NCBI GenBank assembly: GCA_003427395.1
Contig: BFEA01000024.1
Location: forward strand, 2,835,911 to 2,899,910
DNA: 64,000 bases
Direction of reading: 5' to 3'
Source of the DNA: Chara braunii
Taxonomy: Eukaryota > Plantae > Charophyceae
The position numbers were made by a program, and so were the translations under genes. Below the pieces are notes generated by a model. The model ran no database searches, was not told the origin of the DNA, and saw nothing but the letters and a program-made list of their open reading frames with translations. Shown one piece after another: positions 13,610 to 25,983 of the stretch. Numbering within the stretch: position 1 is the stretch's first letter; each line of letters opens with the position of its first letter.

Positions 13610-13738
13610 GTAGATGCAGATATCTCAGCACGATAATATGCATGCATGAGAGTCTTCGCGTGTTGCAAATGCTTGAGAGGACAAGTAACCTCATCATAAG
13701 GACAACCCTTCCAATACATAACGTACTCGATACGTGCT
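13610..13738 (-). pseudogene. Second, more degenerate chromodomain fragment
   Basis: IEYVMYWKGCPYDEVTCPLKHLQHAKTLMHAYY, paralogous to the 14400-14545 copy. Confidence 0.65.
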
Positions 13739-14399
13739 GCAAAGAAATAAAATGTGTGCGTCGCGCGAGAGAGAGAGAGAGAGAGATGGCAGGCTACGCA
13801 GAGATTAGAGAGAACGAAACAAAACCAATAACCCTAATAGATAAACTATAAAAGCGGATAATGATCGACAGAAGGATCTACCATGAAAGAGAATCTGAAA
13901 TATAATAAAATGCCTAGTTAAAGGCATCTCAGACGGACACTAGGATGATGAATGCAGTGGGTGAGGGGATCAAGCAAACAACTAACCGATTAAGAGGGAG
14001 CAATATCTGAGAGAAGGGGGAAGTCGAGACAATGCTACGGTCCCAATGCCTATGTGATTCTCAGGGCGAGCCCAAGTGCTAGCCGAAGCTGATGAAGTAT
14101 CTGGAATCCTCGAATTACTCGATGACGTCGATGAAGTAGGAGTCGAAGTGGATGTCGAAGCCGAACCGTAAAATGTTGACATCCTGATGTAAATTGAAGA
14201 TGAAGTATACGAAGGTGTAAATCAGTAGGAAGATAGAGAGATCAGTGGGAAGATAGAGAGATGAATGAGAGGGTCAATCATCGTAACGCACAGGTCGACA
14301 ATGAGATCTCTGTGGATGCGTGAAGGCATCAGTCTATTGTTGAAGAACAGCCTCAGAGGGAGCAAAATCTGGAGGAGAAGAAGGAGGGTCAGTCGGTTG

Positions 14400-14545
14400 A
14401 GCAGAAGCAAACATCTCAGCACGATGAGCACGATCATATGCACGCACGAGGGTCTTGGCTTGCTGCAAATGCTTGAGGGGCTCCCAAGTAGCCTCCTCAT
14501 CAAGATAACCATTCCAACACACAACGTACTCGATGTGTGCTGCAA
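14400..14545 (-). pseudogene. Chromodomain fragment (chromovirus integrase-type)
   Basis: IEYVVCWNGYLDEEATWEPLKHLQQAKTLVRAY fits the chromodomain pattern YxVKWxGYxxxExTWEP. Confidence 0.75.
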
Positions 14546-14553
14546 AGAAATAA

Positions 14554-14623
<70 letters not shown>

Positions 14624-17106
14624 GCAATATTGGACAACACATGCGAGACTTTATTTTCACAGAATACACGTCCTGTCTATGGCATGCGACCAAAATAGTC
14701 GCGATGTCCATGCGAATACCCTTACAAGGGTATCCGCTGGCTTTTGCAAGTGACATAAAATAAGTTTGGCTTAAAAGTTTGAGTACACCGCGCGAGTCGC
14801 GACTGTGTCTGTTGCTTACGGTGACTGAATGGTTAACTAGGGTAGAGAGTGTGTGGGCATACAGACTTAGGTGCATGTGATCTTTTTTCATGTTGATAAT
14901 TGTAAAGTCGGCTTGGTTGCTGGTCAAAATTTTGTTTTTGATTTAAATTACAACTAAAAGATTTTGTCGTCCGATTGGTGCGCTTGACCGTGACATGTGC
15001 GTACACATGTGAGGCGACGTCGACACGTGGTATCAGGGATTGGTCGAGGGGTAGCCTTGGGGTGTTTCAGTGGACCCGCGCACCACATGATATTGGCTTA
15101 TATGGGTTTTCGCTAAGTATTAGGCTCAGCCTTGGGCCTAACACTAATGGTTATAGTGACAGATGTTCAACTGGGTGATTCAGGGATCAAGATCAACAGG
15201 CAGCGGCGTAGGAGCGTTGAAGCAACGAGAAGGGAACCAAGGGGTTGAAGGCCCGGAAAGGTTATCCCCCCATGGTTTTGCTGCTCGTAGGGAGCTCGGC
15301 GGGGCCAAGGCGGCATTAATATTCCCCTTTGTTTTTCCTTCCTGGCCATGCGGTACTGCCACCAATCCTTGTTGATTATTTGTTTTATTCTTATTCATTG
15401 TTATTAGTATTAGTAGTAGTATTGTTATTCACGTATGTTACCTTTTTTCCGGGCGCGGTACTGGGACCGATGGTGGTCAACGCACATGTAAGCAAGTGGG
15501 TGATTAGGCCCATGAGGTGGACGAAACCTGTGGAGTTTACCATCTGCGGGTGCCCAGTCTGTCGCCCGCAGTCTGTTGTGAGAAGTTGGAGGGTGAGCAT
15601 GCCTGTAGGGGCACCGGGTGGAGGCCCGCAACGACACAGACTGCGGGGGCTGTTTACGTGGAACCTCTTCTCACTTCGGTCTTCAAAGTTCTCATCTGAA
15701 TATTTGCTGCTACCGTCGAGATCTGCATCGGGCCCGCGCCACGAGGGATCGCCTCGCTAAGGCCCAGGGTAATGGTCTGCAGTGGGCCGTGCCCTTGACT
15801 CCGTGGCCTGCTGTGAAAATTTGAGTGTAAGCTTACTTGTTGGAGGCCCAGAAGGATGGTAAGCTCTGTTGGGGGAAAACGGCCAGAGGAAGCTTGGAGG
15901 AGGCGCAACGATACTTGTGAGCAAGTCACTTGTCAGACTTGGGTATAGTTGTGAAAGACTAATCGAACTGTCTAGTTGCTGGCTCGCTCCGGAATCCCCG
16001 CTGGTTCGCAAGGCTGCTGAAAGTGCTGGTGGAACTGGACGCGCTTTTGTGCCAGGTACGATTGAAAAGGGATGGTGAGCTCTGCCTAAATAGAGCCTCG
16101 GCAGAGGCTCCGGACGATAGCGACTAGCAAATCATCTATAGGATTTAGGGAAAAGATTGAAAGACTAGTCGATCGACTGGTGGTCGGTCTTCTCTAGGAT
16201 TCTTCGGAACTAGAATTGCGAAGGGGACTGTTGCGCTATCGCAAGAACGCTGCCGCCGAGTGTTGTGCTAACATTAGGTAGGCGAGGCACGTCGCGGAAC
16301 GACGAAAGAGAAGAAAGAGAGGGGAGGCGGACATGGATGAACATGATGTGAATCTGCACCTGGTGCAATTGGAAGAAGAAGATGGTGAAAACGGATTGGG
16401 CGCAGTATAAAGTGCTGAGTTTGCTCGTTTGTGAGCAGTTTTGAGAGAGGAAAGAGACGATTTCGGGGTTTTGGCCTCAAGCGAGTCGCGTAGTGAGGTT
16501 AGTTTAGTAAACGAAGCAGTGTACAACGTGGTAGATGAGGAAAAAGTGTTCGGTTATGTTGGAGATGGCGGGAGCAGAAATTGAGATCTCGCTCGATTCT
16601 CTATGGAATCGAGTGAACTAGAGTGTTAACTAGGGGTTTTAAGAGGCTATGAATCCGATGGAGAACTCTGCTTAAAAATTAGTTGGTCAGATTCGGGACT
16701 ACGAAGTTATGAGCTACATGAAGAGGGGGATTTTGGGAACACACAGTATGGCAGTGTACCCAGCCAGGTTTTAGCGAGCGATTCTTATCGACATTGCTCA
16801 AGCCTAGCATGGAAGTAGCCATTATCTACCTCTGTGCGCTTGACAGAAAGGATAGTAGTGGGTTGGAGGAATAAAGCCTGAGGAGAGAGGTGTAAAAGGA
16901 AGAGAAAATTTTACCTGCCCGCCCACGTTGTGCCATGAAGTAGTACAAATCCGGGCCGGATTCCTACCAGATACATTCCATTTCGGGATAAGTGAAAAGC
17001 GGGCTGAGCGGAGCCGAGGAGCGGCTTCGAATGGGTGGTGTACATCTTTGTTTTCAGCGGACGATTCATTCTGAACTCGCTCTTCGTTTAATGGCAGTAA
17101 GGTGAG

Positions 17107-17234
17107 GTCAGTCGCAGGGGCGAGGTATGAGGTTATTGAGTCAACCGGGGCGAGGTATGGGAACTTACGTGAAGCTCGGTGTGTTGCCTATATGTCAGTC
17201 GCAGGGGCGAGGTATGAGGTTATTGAGTCAACCG
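17107..17234. repeat. 41-bp direct repeat x2 inside copy 1
   Basis: gtcagtcgcaggggcgaggtatgaggttattgagtcaaccg at 17107 and 17194. Confidence 0.9.
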
Positions 17235-18629
17235 TCGGATGATTACGGATCCCGTGGAGCTCAGCAGCGGGAGACAACTACGAAGGTGCAGGCTTACCTA
17301 AAGGGCGGAGTCGCGGCTCATCTCGGTGAATGAAGGTGGTGAGGTATGAGCCGCGAAGTTAAGAGATTTTTCTGTTAAGACCAAGGTACCGCCCATCCAG
17401 TCGATCGATAGTGGGAGGCTAGCCGCACGAGTTGGAGAGTTGTTTGTGGGATAATGTGTTGTGCCTACTGACCTTCTGCCTCCAGTCCCAGCATCCGCTC
17501 GGTACGTGTTGACCGGTTGTTTTTCACAGTTGTTTCCCCTGTGTCGCTAGGAGTTGCTTGACCAATTGTGACCCTCATCTCCGTAAGTGAGGTAGCGGGG
17601 AGCGAGATACGGAGATTGCAGACCGACTGGTACGCCTCTCATCCCATTAGTCTGTGCAGTAACAGGCCAGTTGCGGACTGCTGCATTGTTCTTGCTACCA
17701 AATGGAGCAACGGGAAGGGGAGCTACGAGATTGTGAGCTTACCTGTTGGCTGATACGCCGCACATTTTACCAGTCGGAGTAGCGTGAGTCCGGTTGTGAA
17801 GCTTACCTGTTGATTGGGGTACTGCCCATTTCCTGGAGTAGAGTGGAGTGAGGTAACTGCTGAATCAGGGGCCTACTTCCCAGCAGTACGTTTGCCCATC
17901 CAGCCAATAGCAGTGGAGTAAAGTCGGTTGTGAAGTAGCGAGGACAGTTGTTGACCAGTGTGTCGCTTGTTCTATTAAAGTGAGCTAGATACGGACTACA
18001 ACAAGAAAGTAAGAAAGGAGGGTACTCATCTGGCAAGGTTGGAACTGTGGAAAGGTTGAGTATTGGAAGGTGGTGGTTGTTGTTGGGGTCCGAAGGGCCA
18101 TCAGAAAGTCAACGCGGCATCTTGGGTTTTAATTTGGTTGTGTCTTCTGCGTTTTGACCATCATTGAAGGGCCCTCCGGCGTATCAAGGGATCAAGGCCC
18201 TCTCACGCGAGTCTGAGTGCACCATTCTTGGATCTGAGAAACTTAATGTTTCTCTTTCTACCCTTTACTCTAAGTCTAGTCTATTAGTTCTGAGAGGAAG
18301 GCGGCCGGCCGGATTGCAACCTGTAATCCGTGCCAAGCCTCTGTGGAAGGTTGTCCCACCGATTGCGAGTGGTAACCATCACCTCCTTCTATAAACCCAG
18401 TTAAAACCCTTACATGTACATTTTGCTACAATTTGACTGAGTCTACTGCATGGATCCCTATTTGACTTTATGTTTGACTGTCTGGACTTAAATCAGAGTA
18501 AGTAAAGGAAGGCATGCGCAATCTTAGTTTTGTTTTTCGTTGTTTGTTAGAAATCAAATTGTAAAAGGGTTTTGCATCGGAGAAAGGTGAGAGGAAGGTG
18601 GTTTTGCTTGCGTTTGATCGGGTCAACCA

Positions 18630-19375
18630 AAGGTTGGGAAGTATTTTTAAGTTGAATGAGTCGGTGCTATGTTTATTTTTTTGACTGGAGAACCAGACAA
18701 TTATTCATAAGTTGGATGGTTTGGTTGATCTGACTTGTGAGGTCTGTCTGCGATTGTTTTACACAATTATTCCTAAGTTTGATGGTTTGGTTGCCTTGAT
18801 TTACTTCGAGGTTTCTGATGTTTCTTTTGTTTCTGAAAGAGAGAGTTTGAGCAATTGTTGCATAAGATTGAATGACTCAAACTTTTTTCTTGTTTGTTCT
18901 GAGGAAGAATCAGGTGAAGAATCGGACAAGTGTTCCTAAGTTAGATGGTTTGGTCTGAAACCACACGCATGCTGAAACCAAAGGATAAATTTTGTCTATA
19001 CTCTAATACTATTCTATTTACGAACATGCTACTCAAACATAGTTTCTAAGTTGAACGGTCTGACTATAGTTTATCACAACTGAAGAGATTATCAACTACT
19101 AATGAATTGGTGGTAAGAAGGGGCAGGTTGAACCTTATTTCTAAGTTAAACGATTCAGTCAAATGCTACCTTAAAAGATTAGGTGCAGAAAGTTACATAT
19201 AACTTGGCTATTTTGAACAGTTCAGGGTGACTATGCATTGCTTTTAAATTGAATGACCTAGTCACATGCCAAAAGAAGAAAAAAGTTGTAATGCCCCTTG
19301 TTTGTGTTTATTCAATGGTTGAGTTAGACATTGTTTCTAAGTTGAATGATCTAACTTTAGACCTTGTGTAAGTTG
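18630..19375 (+). repeat. Array of ~9-10 TAAGTT-core semi-palindromic repeats (copy 1 version)
   Basis: TAAGTT cores at ~18648, 18708, 18774, 18937, 19047, 19142 and 19338, with variant cores at ~18863 and ~19245. Confidence 0.7.
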
Positions 19376-19639
19376 GGTATAAGGGATAAATCATTAAAAG
19401 ATTATGACTTATTGTTGACAAAGTTCAACCTTGGGACTGATGAGAATATTTACCATTTGTGGCTTGGACTTGCATGAGTGAGAGTTTTACCTAGTCTGAG
19501 TTTCAGTTTGATAGGTAGTTGCTTTAAATGCTCGCCACGTGCTAGAGCTAGTGGAGTTTCATTCAATTCCTGCATTTTTTTAGCTAACTTTTTTTTACTG
19601 AGGTCAATTCTCGCATTTTCTGGGATCATTTGTTATTCT

Positions 19640-20190
19640 TGGCTTTGTATAAATTTTTGGAAGTTATTTTCTTTACGAGAAACACTGCCGAAAATTTCTA
19701 CAAAACCAAGGAGTTAGTCAAATCTGACTTTTCAAAGTTCAACTTTTTGTGCAAGTTTATATCTGACTTAGTAGAAATCGGATTTTTTTTTTTTATAAGG
19801 GACTGTGTTGCCCAATTTTTTACTAATTCAGGGAGTTAGACAAAATTTGGCTTTGGGAAGTCAAAGTGCTTTGTATAAATTTTGGAAAGCTACTTTCTCT
19901 ACGGGAAGTGCTGTCGAAATTTTTAAATATAAGAAGTTAATTAAATTTTGTCTTCATAGAACTCAAGTCTTATTACGAGTTCTTATATGGATTAGTATAA
20001 ATCTGAGAAATCTACTTCTCTAAAGGAGATGCTGCCTAAATTTTTACTAATTCAAGGAGTTAGACAAAATTTGACTTTGTAAAGTTTGAGATTATTTTAA
20101 TTTTTATATTTGAGCGAGTGTAAATTTTAAAAATATACTTTTCCTACAGGAAGCACTGTCGAAATTTTCTTAGTTTAAAGAAATTAAATT
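19640..20190 (+). repeat. ~120-bp tandem repeat with alternating subunits (family X internal array 2)
   Basis: Units with tataaatttt..aaagctactttctctacgggaagtgctgtcgaaatttt at ~19645, 19770, 19871, 19995 and 20117. Confidence 0.75.
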
Positions 20191-20881
20191 ATATTTTAAC
20201 AGGTGGCGACTCGGACGACCAACCCTGCATAGGGAAGATTCTACCAAGGTCTACCTTTTTTTGGTACTAGTATGAAAGAGTCTTGGGTGAGAAGTGTTAT
20301 GGAGAGTCATACTGCATACATTGATAGTCTAGTCTTGGGTATTAACCTGTTTTGTGTTACAGACCTTCTTTGGACGTTTCGATTCAGGATTTGGACTAGT
20401 TTCAGCTTGATCCCATGAGGATCATCTTTTGTTATCACTGATAATAGGTCGGTTGCCGATTCGTCGGTTTACGATTCAACCCTAATTCACTCTTGCCAAC
20501 TCAGCCTAAAGACTTTAACCTTGTGGTTTGAATTGTTTTGTTGGGTTTTCACCGGACTTTATTGAATGATCATTTAACAAAGACACTGAGTACTTTATTA
20601 TGAAAGGTTATTCAAAGGTTGGGGTTTGTATGGCTAAAGCGAGGGGTGTGAGCGCAAAGAGTGGTTGAAGTTGACCCCGTGTAGTGCAAGAACGTTTGGT
20701 TAAATCTTTGATGTGATTGCATATATGTTTATGGTTCGGACTCTCGATGTAACTGTCTGCAATCACATACATATATGGTTGAAGAGAATCCCACTGTGAT
20801 TGTAAAAAGTGATCGCCACATATTTTATTCCCATATATATATATATATATATTATACTTATATATATATATATATATATGA

Positions 20882-20936
<55 letters not shown>

Positions 20937-23634
20937 TCGAGTGCCCGCACGACTTACTTCGACCGTGCGTAAGGGTTAAACAGATTACGCCTTGAGAGAA
21001 AAGGAAGACCTTTTTTTTAACTTTTGTTTTTTAGAATTATAATAGTTGGACGTTGTAGTCTGTGGCGGTCGTCAAGTCAAACCCCTTGATTTCTCTTCAG
21101 ACCCTGGATGATGGAATTAGTCTCCAAGGCCACGAGAACCGAGTGTCATCATAGGTCGCAATATGTGTATCACGCACTCTCTGCAGGGTGTAGAAGACGG
21201 TGTGGTAATCAACCGCCTTGGCGGCTGTCTAGTGTTGAGAGATTAACCCCTGAAGGCGCGTGTCAGCCGACACTTCAGTGTCGAACGTGACCCTCGAGAC
21301 CATCGAGGACCACGTTGCTATGCGAATTGGTTCTGCAGGGGGACCCTCCCGACCTTGTCACACAGAATTTAGCAGGACTGCGTCGTAGAGCGGGGTTTTG
21401 CCGCTTCGGTCGAATGCGCCAACCGTACCTCTAGCAAACCCCTACGACAGGATAGGGTCACGTGAGGCACAACTTNCCTCCACCCACGGGAGTTGTCACC
21501 ATCCCTTGGGTGGGCGTATCCCCGCCGAGCTACCGAACCGCATGTGAAGGCTTTTCATATGCAATCGCAGAGGTGGTCCGACCGAGGACGTTTCTCGTTC
21601 GCTGTAGCATAGGGGATACGAGTGGTCAACGCACCTCAATCGGACCCGCACGCGAATCGACACATTGGGGGGCTGAGGTCCCAAGCACGACTCGCCGTCG
21701 GTCGACTAGGACGCTTTCCACTCACCACGCGTTACACCACACAAAAATTAAAATACACGCAAAAACAAAACTCTCATAGTTCCTTCAGTGTCCAATCTAT
21801 AACCTTTTAACACGAAAATCGGTCAGGTGTCGCGCGTGAGACTTAAGATAAAATTGAGTGGACGCTAGGGCTTTCTCATATCAACAAGCAATGCAAGTAT
21901 ACGCATGCAATCGCATCGATGGAGTACTGTGTAGTACCCCTAACCACGCAACCCTCCATAGTCTCAGGGGTCACGTTTCGACACCCAAGCGTCTGCAGAC
22001 ACGTGCCTTGAGGGGTTAATCTCTCGACACTAGACAGCCGCCAAGGCGGTTGATCACCACACCCTCTTCTGCACCCTCTGAAGAGTGGGTGGTACACAGG
22101 TTCCGGCCTGTGGTGGCAGTCAACTCTCGTGGCCTAGGAGGCAAACTCCATCATCAAGGGCCTGGAGAGAAATCAAGGGGTTTGACTTTGACGGTTGCCA
22201 CAGACTACAACGTCCAACCATAATAACTCTAAAAAGCAAAGAGTGAAAGGGAATCCCCTTTTTCTCTCAAAATATAGTTTGTATAGTTTGTATAACTCTC
22301 ACACGTGGTCACAGCAGACCGTACAGACACTGAATGTATACATATATGTAAGAGGGAATGTATACGTATACGTATATGTAAGAGAGAATGTATACGTATA
22401 CGTATATGAAGGGTTATGAATTATGAGGCTATCACTTTTCACGACCGCTGTAAGGTTCTGTTTATAATTATGCTAAGCAAAGGTAGTTCGGACAGAAGTT
22501 TGTGTGGTTTCAGATGATAATTCTCACAATAGTAGTTTGGCTTGTCCACCAACATTCGAACAATACTCAATTTATTATCAAAACTGAATCCAAAGATCTT
22601 ATACGCATACCTGCGACCACACAAAGTTCAAACAACAACATCACACACACTAAGGGAGTCAACTTGACTACGTTTCTGCAGCTCACACCCTGCTTTATGC
22701 ATACAAGCCCCAACCAATTTTCGCCAACCCTCAAATAAAGGTACTCGGTCTTTCAAAATTGACACTTATAAAAAAATCTGGGTGAAAACTTCAAGAAACA
22801 TTGAAAACTCACAAGAGTCAAGGCCTTAGGTTGAGATGCAAAAGTAGAGAACTTGTGTCATGAACTGACCTGTTATCAAATGATAACAGAAAAATGATCT
22901 CTCGTAGGACCAGGCTGAAAAAATCAAGCCTTCAATTGAATTCGTTGACTTGCACCACAGCTCAGGCCAAAGCGGACCAAGTACTTCGTTCAAGACAGAT
23001 AGAGGGTCAACACCACTCCATAGCCTATCTCCTTTACTAACGTTTACCTTACTTTCTTCAGAAGTCGTCGAGAACTTTGACATCACATTGTCAAAGTTTT
23101 CCCTAGCAGAAAATAATATAACTCTCTAAATTTCACAAAATTTCGGCAGCGCTTCCCGTAGGAAATCTTTTCAGAATTTTCAGATGTAAAAAAAAAAAGA
23201 CTAACCCTTTTAGATTTGTAAAAAATTCGGCATCGCTTCCAGTAGGAACAAGAGGCTGGCAAGATTTATACAAAGTTGAAAATGCAAAAACAAAGTACAA
23301 CTATACTTGAGACTAATGTCTTACGCTCACTTGATAGTCAGAGCTGATGATAGTTTACACGATCCTCTTTTGAAGCTACCACTACTCCTAACTTCTAGTA
23401 AGGTCAGTCCTATCATATCCCAAGTTTTCCTTCCCATCATCCAATCTAGTCTACCTATGGCTCCAGCACTTGACGAGCATCTAAACAACTATCGCTATCA
23501 AGAGATGCCCCCAAACGAGAGCCCGCAAACATGCATAGACAAACATTCCTCTCAATCCCATATCAGTTTGATCCAAGTAGTTTGTTAATCTCTAAGTTCT
23601 TTTAACCCTCAATATACCCCCTTTCTTATGGCAT

Positions 23635-24875
23635 AGGATCAAACCGTTCCAACTTAGGGGTACACCCGACCTCCGTAAGCAAAACAAATAGAGTACGTAC
23701 AACTAGATTGCCCGAACTTAGGGGTATGCCTAGCTTACTTGATAAAGGCGTATGTCTAGACCGCCTCAACTTAGGGGTATGTCCAACCAACCATAAACTG
23801 TGAACATAAAGCATATGACCAGACCACCCCAGCTTAGGGGTACGCCTGGCTTCTGCTTCACTGACGACATGAAGCATAAGACTAGACTGCCCCAACTTAG
23901 GGGTATGCCTAGTTAGCCTTAAACGAAGTGTACGTACAACGTAGGATTAGACTGCCCCAACTTAGGAGTACGCCTAATCTGCCTAAACAAACACCAACGA
24001 CGAATGGTCGGACCGCCCTAACTTAAGGGTACGTCCAACCTATATAACATCAACGACAAGGGCATATCGCTAAGCCGCCTCAACTTAGGAGCACGCCTAG
24101 TTAGCCTAAACAGTGTAAGTTACTTAAGACAATACGACCAGACAACCCTAACTTAAAGGTACGCCTAATCTGCCTAAACAAGTTACAAATAGCGTAATAT
24201 TAGGTCACTCCAACTTAGAGGTACGCTTAGCCTCCATCTTAGGCAGATAGTCAGACGTACCCAACTTAGGGAGACATCCAACCCTGTTTTGTGTTTATAA
24301 GGGAAAATGAAGAATTTTTATATTAACTGTCTGCCTTTTTATGTTATCACGGGCATAGGACTGGACCGTCCCAACTTAGGGTACGTTCAGCCTGCCCAGG
24401 TTACCTTCACATTATATGTTTCACTTGCTTTCCTTCGTCTTTTGTTCATACCTGACTTATTGACTGGACCTCCCAACTTAGGGTGTCAATCTGTCAGATA
24501 TGTATATATAACATATATATCAAATTTTTATAATTTGGATTACCTCTTAAGATCATGGCTTATGGCTAGGCCGCCCCAACTTAGGCGTACGCCTAGTCTC
24601 ATACCGTTATCCCCCTCAAAAGAAAACATACATAGAAATGGGTCTACGCAACTTAGAATATCCTCAGTCCTGTTTTCAGCAACTCTAAAGAAACATCAGG
24701 AATTTGAGCCTTCCCAACTTATGATGCCCGTCCTCCTGTTCAGAAACCCCAAAACAAACAAGTGGCTGGACCGTCTAACTTAGGATAGAGTCGACTCTCA
24801 AAAGTCATACATTCAGCCCAACAGACAAAAATAAAACATAGCACTGAACCCACTCAACATAGAGGGATTCGGCCT
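23635..24875. repeat. Repeat-spacer array: ~18 copies of a ~30-bp palindromic repeat (consensus ~CTAGACCGCCCCAACTTAGGGGTACGCCTAG) with variable spacers
   Basis: AACTTA-type cores at 23651, 23715, 23768, 23831, 23894, 23959, 24020, 24082, 24150, 24212, 24263, 24373, 24475, 24578, 24650, 24716, 24777 and 24856. Confidence 0.9.
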
Positions 24876-25559
24876 TGGGTTGACCCGGTCAAACACAAAT
24901 AAAACACCTTCAACCGCCTTCCCCCATTCATTCTATCTGAATTCACACAAATAAACTGAGTTTGTCATATATACTTGTCAGATTTACCTTTCAGATCATG
25001 TCCTGAATTCAAAACAACCAAAAACAGTTAGCTTTCTCAGTCATGCGCACAAGCACACAATAACAAAGGATATTATATTTTATGGAAATGGGATCTTACG
25101 TGTAAAATAAATTTATACCTGAGTGTTCCCTGCCTCCAGAACCCCGCCTGGGATCCGGCAGAGCTCCCTCAATCGGTGGGCTGACTCCCCACATAGTCTT
25201 AATGCAGTCCTACGGGTTGTAATCCTGCCTCCCGCCTTCCTCTCGTAACCTCAGACTAGACTTAGAGTAAGAAGTGTAGAAGGAGGCGTTTCAAACGCTC
25301 GAGATACAGGAGAGGGATAAACTCAATTCGCATGAAAGGGTCTTGAGATCTTCAATCGCCTGAGGGTCCTGCAATGACAGCCAATAGTATAGTGAAAACG
25401 GTCAATTTCAGGCTTTAATGCAAGGTACCAGTCGTCAGACGAGCCTCCACCAAGTCGCAAGAATGCCCCCCCCCCCATTCGTGGACGGGTTGCAACCTCA
25501 CCATCTACACTCTCCAACCTCTAACTAGAATGCAGTCATGCAACTTAGAAACACTGTGC

Positions 25560-25591
25560 TCGAATAGAGCACAACCCCGTGCTCTATTCGA
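25560..25591. other. Perfect 13-bp stem hairpin
   Basis: tcgaatagagcac-aacccc-gtgctctattcga, flanked by AACTTAG cores at 25542 and 25591. Confidence 0.85.
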
Positions 25592-25983
25592 ACTTAGGGC
25601 AAATCACTGCGGAATTTAACTAAATGCGGGTTGCCCAGCAGAAGTCTGTAGTCAGTGCAGTACCTGGATACGACGGAGCACAATGATCCTACAGCGGTGT
25701 TCAACAGTCGTGCGCAATAGCAGGATTTAACAGTATTTAGCAACGTATAGTGAACGACACATGTCCACTCGCTCAACAGCAATTTCGCCGAGGGGAGTGG
25801 GGTGACCATCCAAGCGTAACACCAATAGCTCACCTTCGAAAATACGAATACTACAACAGAAAAACACGGCGACAACATCTCTTCAGATTCTTACAACAGC
25901 AGTTTTGCTCGGAAGTAAGCGGCAGCAACCTGTTATTTGTTGATTACATAGCATCACCTCCTGAAGCAGTCGTTGAGTCACGG

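Larger units (their letters stand above)
12905..14557 (-). repeat. Two diverged tandem units (~12905-13760, ~13800-14557), each beginning with a chromodomain relic
   Basis: Both units share gaacgaaa.aaaaccaat.accct.atagataaactat and later blocks. Each abuts a (GA)n tract on its right. Confidence 0.8.
14705..21315 (+). mobile_element. Family X copy 1 (giant TG...CA non-coding element; 3' end interrupted by copy 2)
   Basis: Starts TGTCCATGCGAATACCC after GCGA. The first ~200 bp match the reverse complement of 56000-56196. Blocks at 15500-15740, 18160-18390, 19400-20800 and 20960-21310 match copies 2 and/or 3 in reverse. Confidence 0.85.

Noticed and set aside
19430-19470. Hammerhead ribozyme core (CTGATGAG)
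   Set aside because: Not conserved in the homologous positions (33441 region; copy 3 ~49380) and no matching stems or GAAA found.
23635-24875. Bona fide CRISPR array
   Set aside because: Eukaryotic TE context, no cas genes, degenerate repeats and uneven spacing. Some spacers share sequence (atctgcctaaacaa at ~23977 and ~24168; agttagcct-aaac at ~23911 and ~24099).
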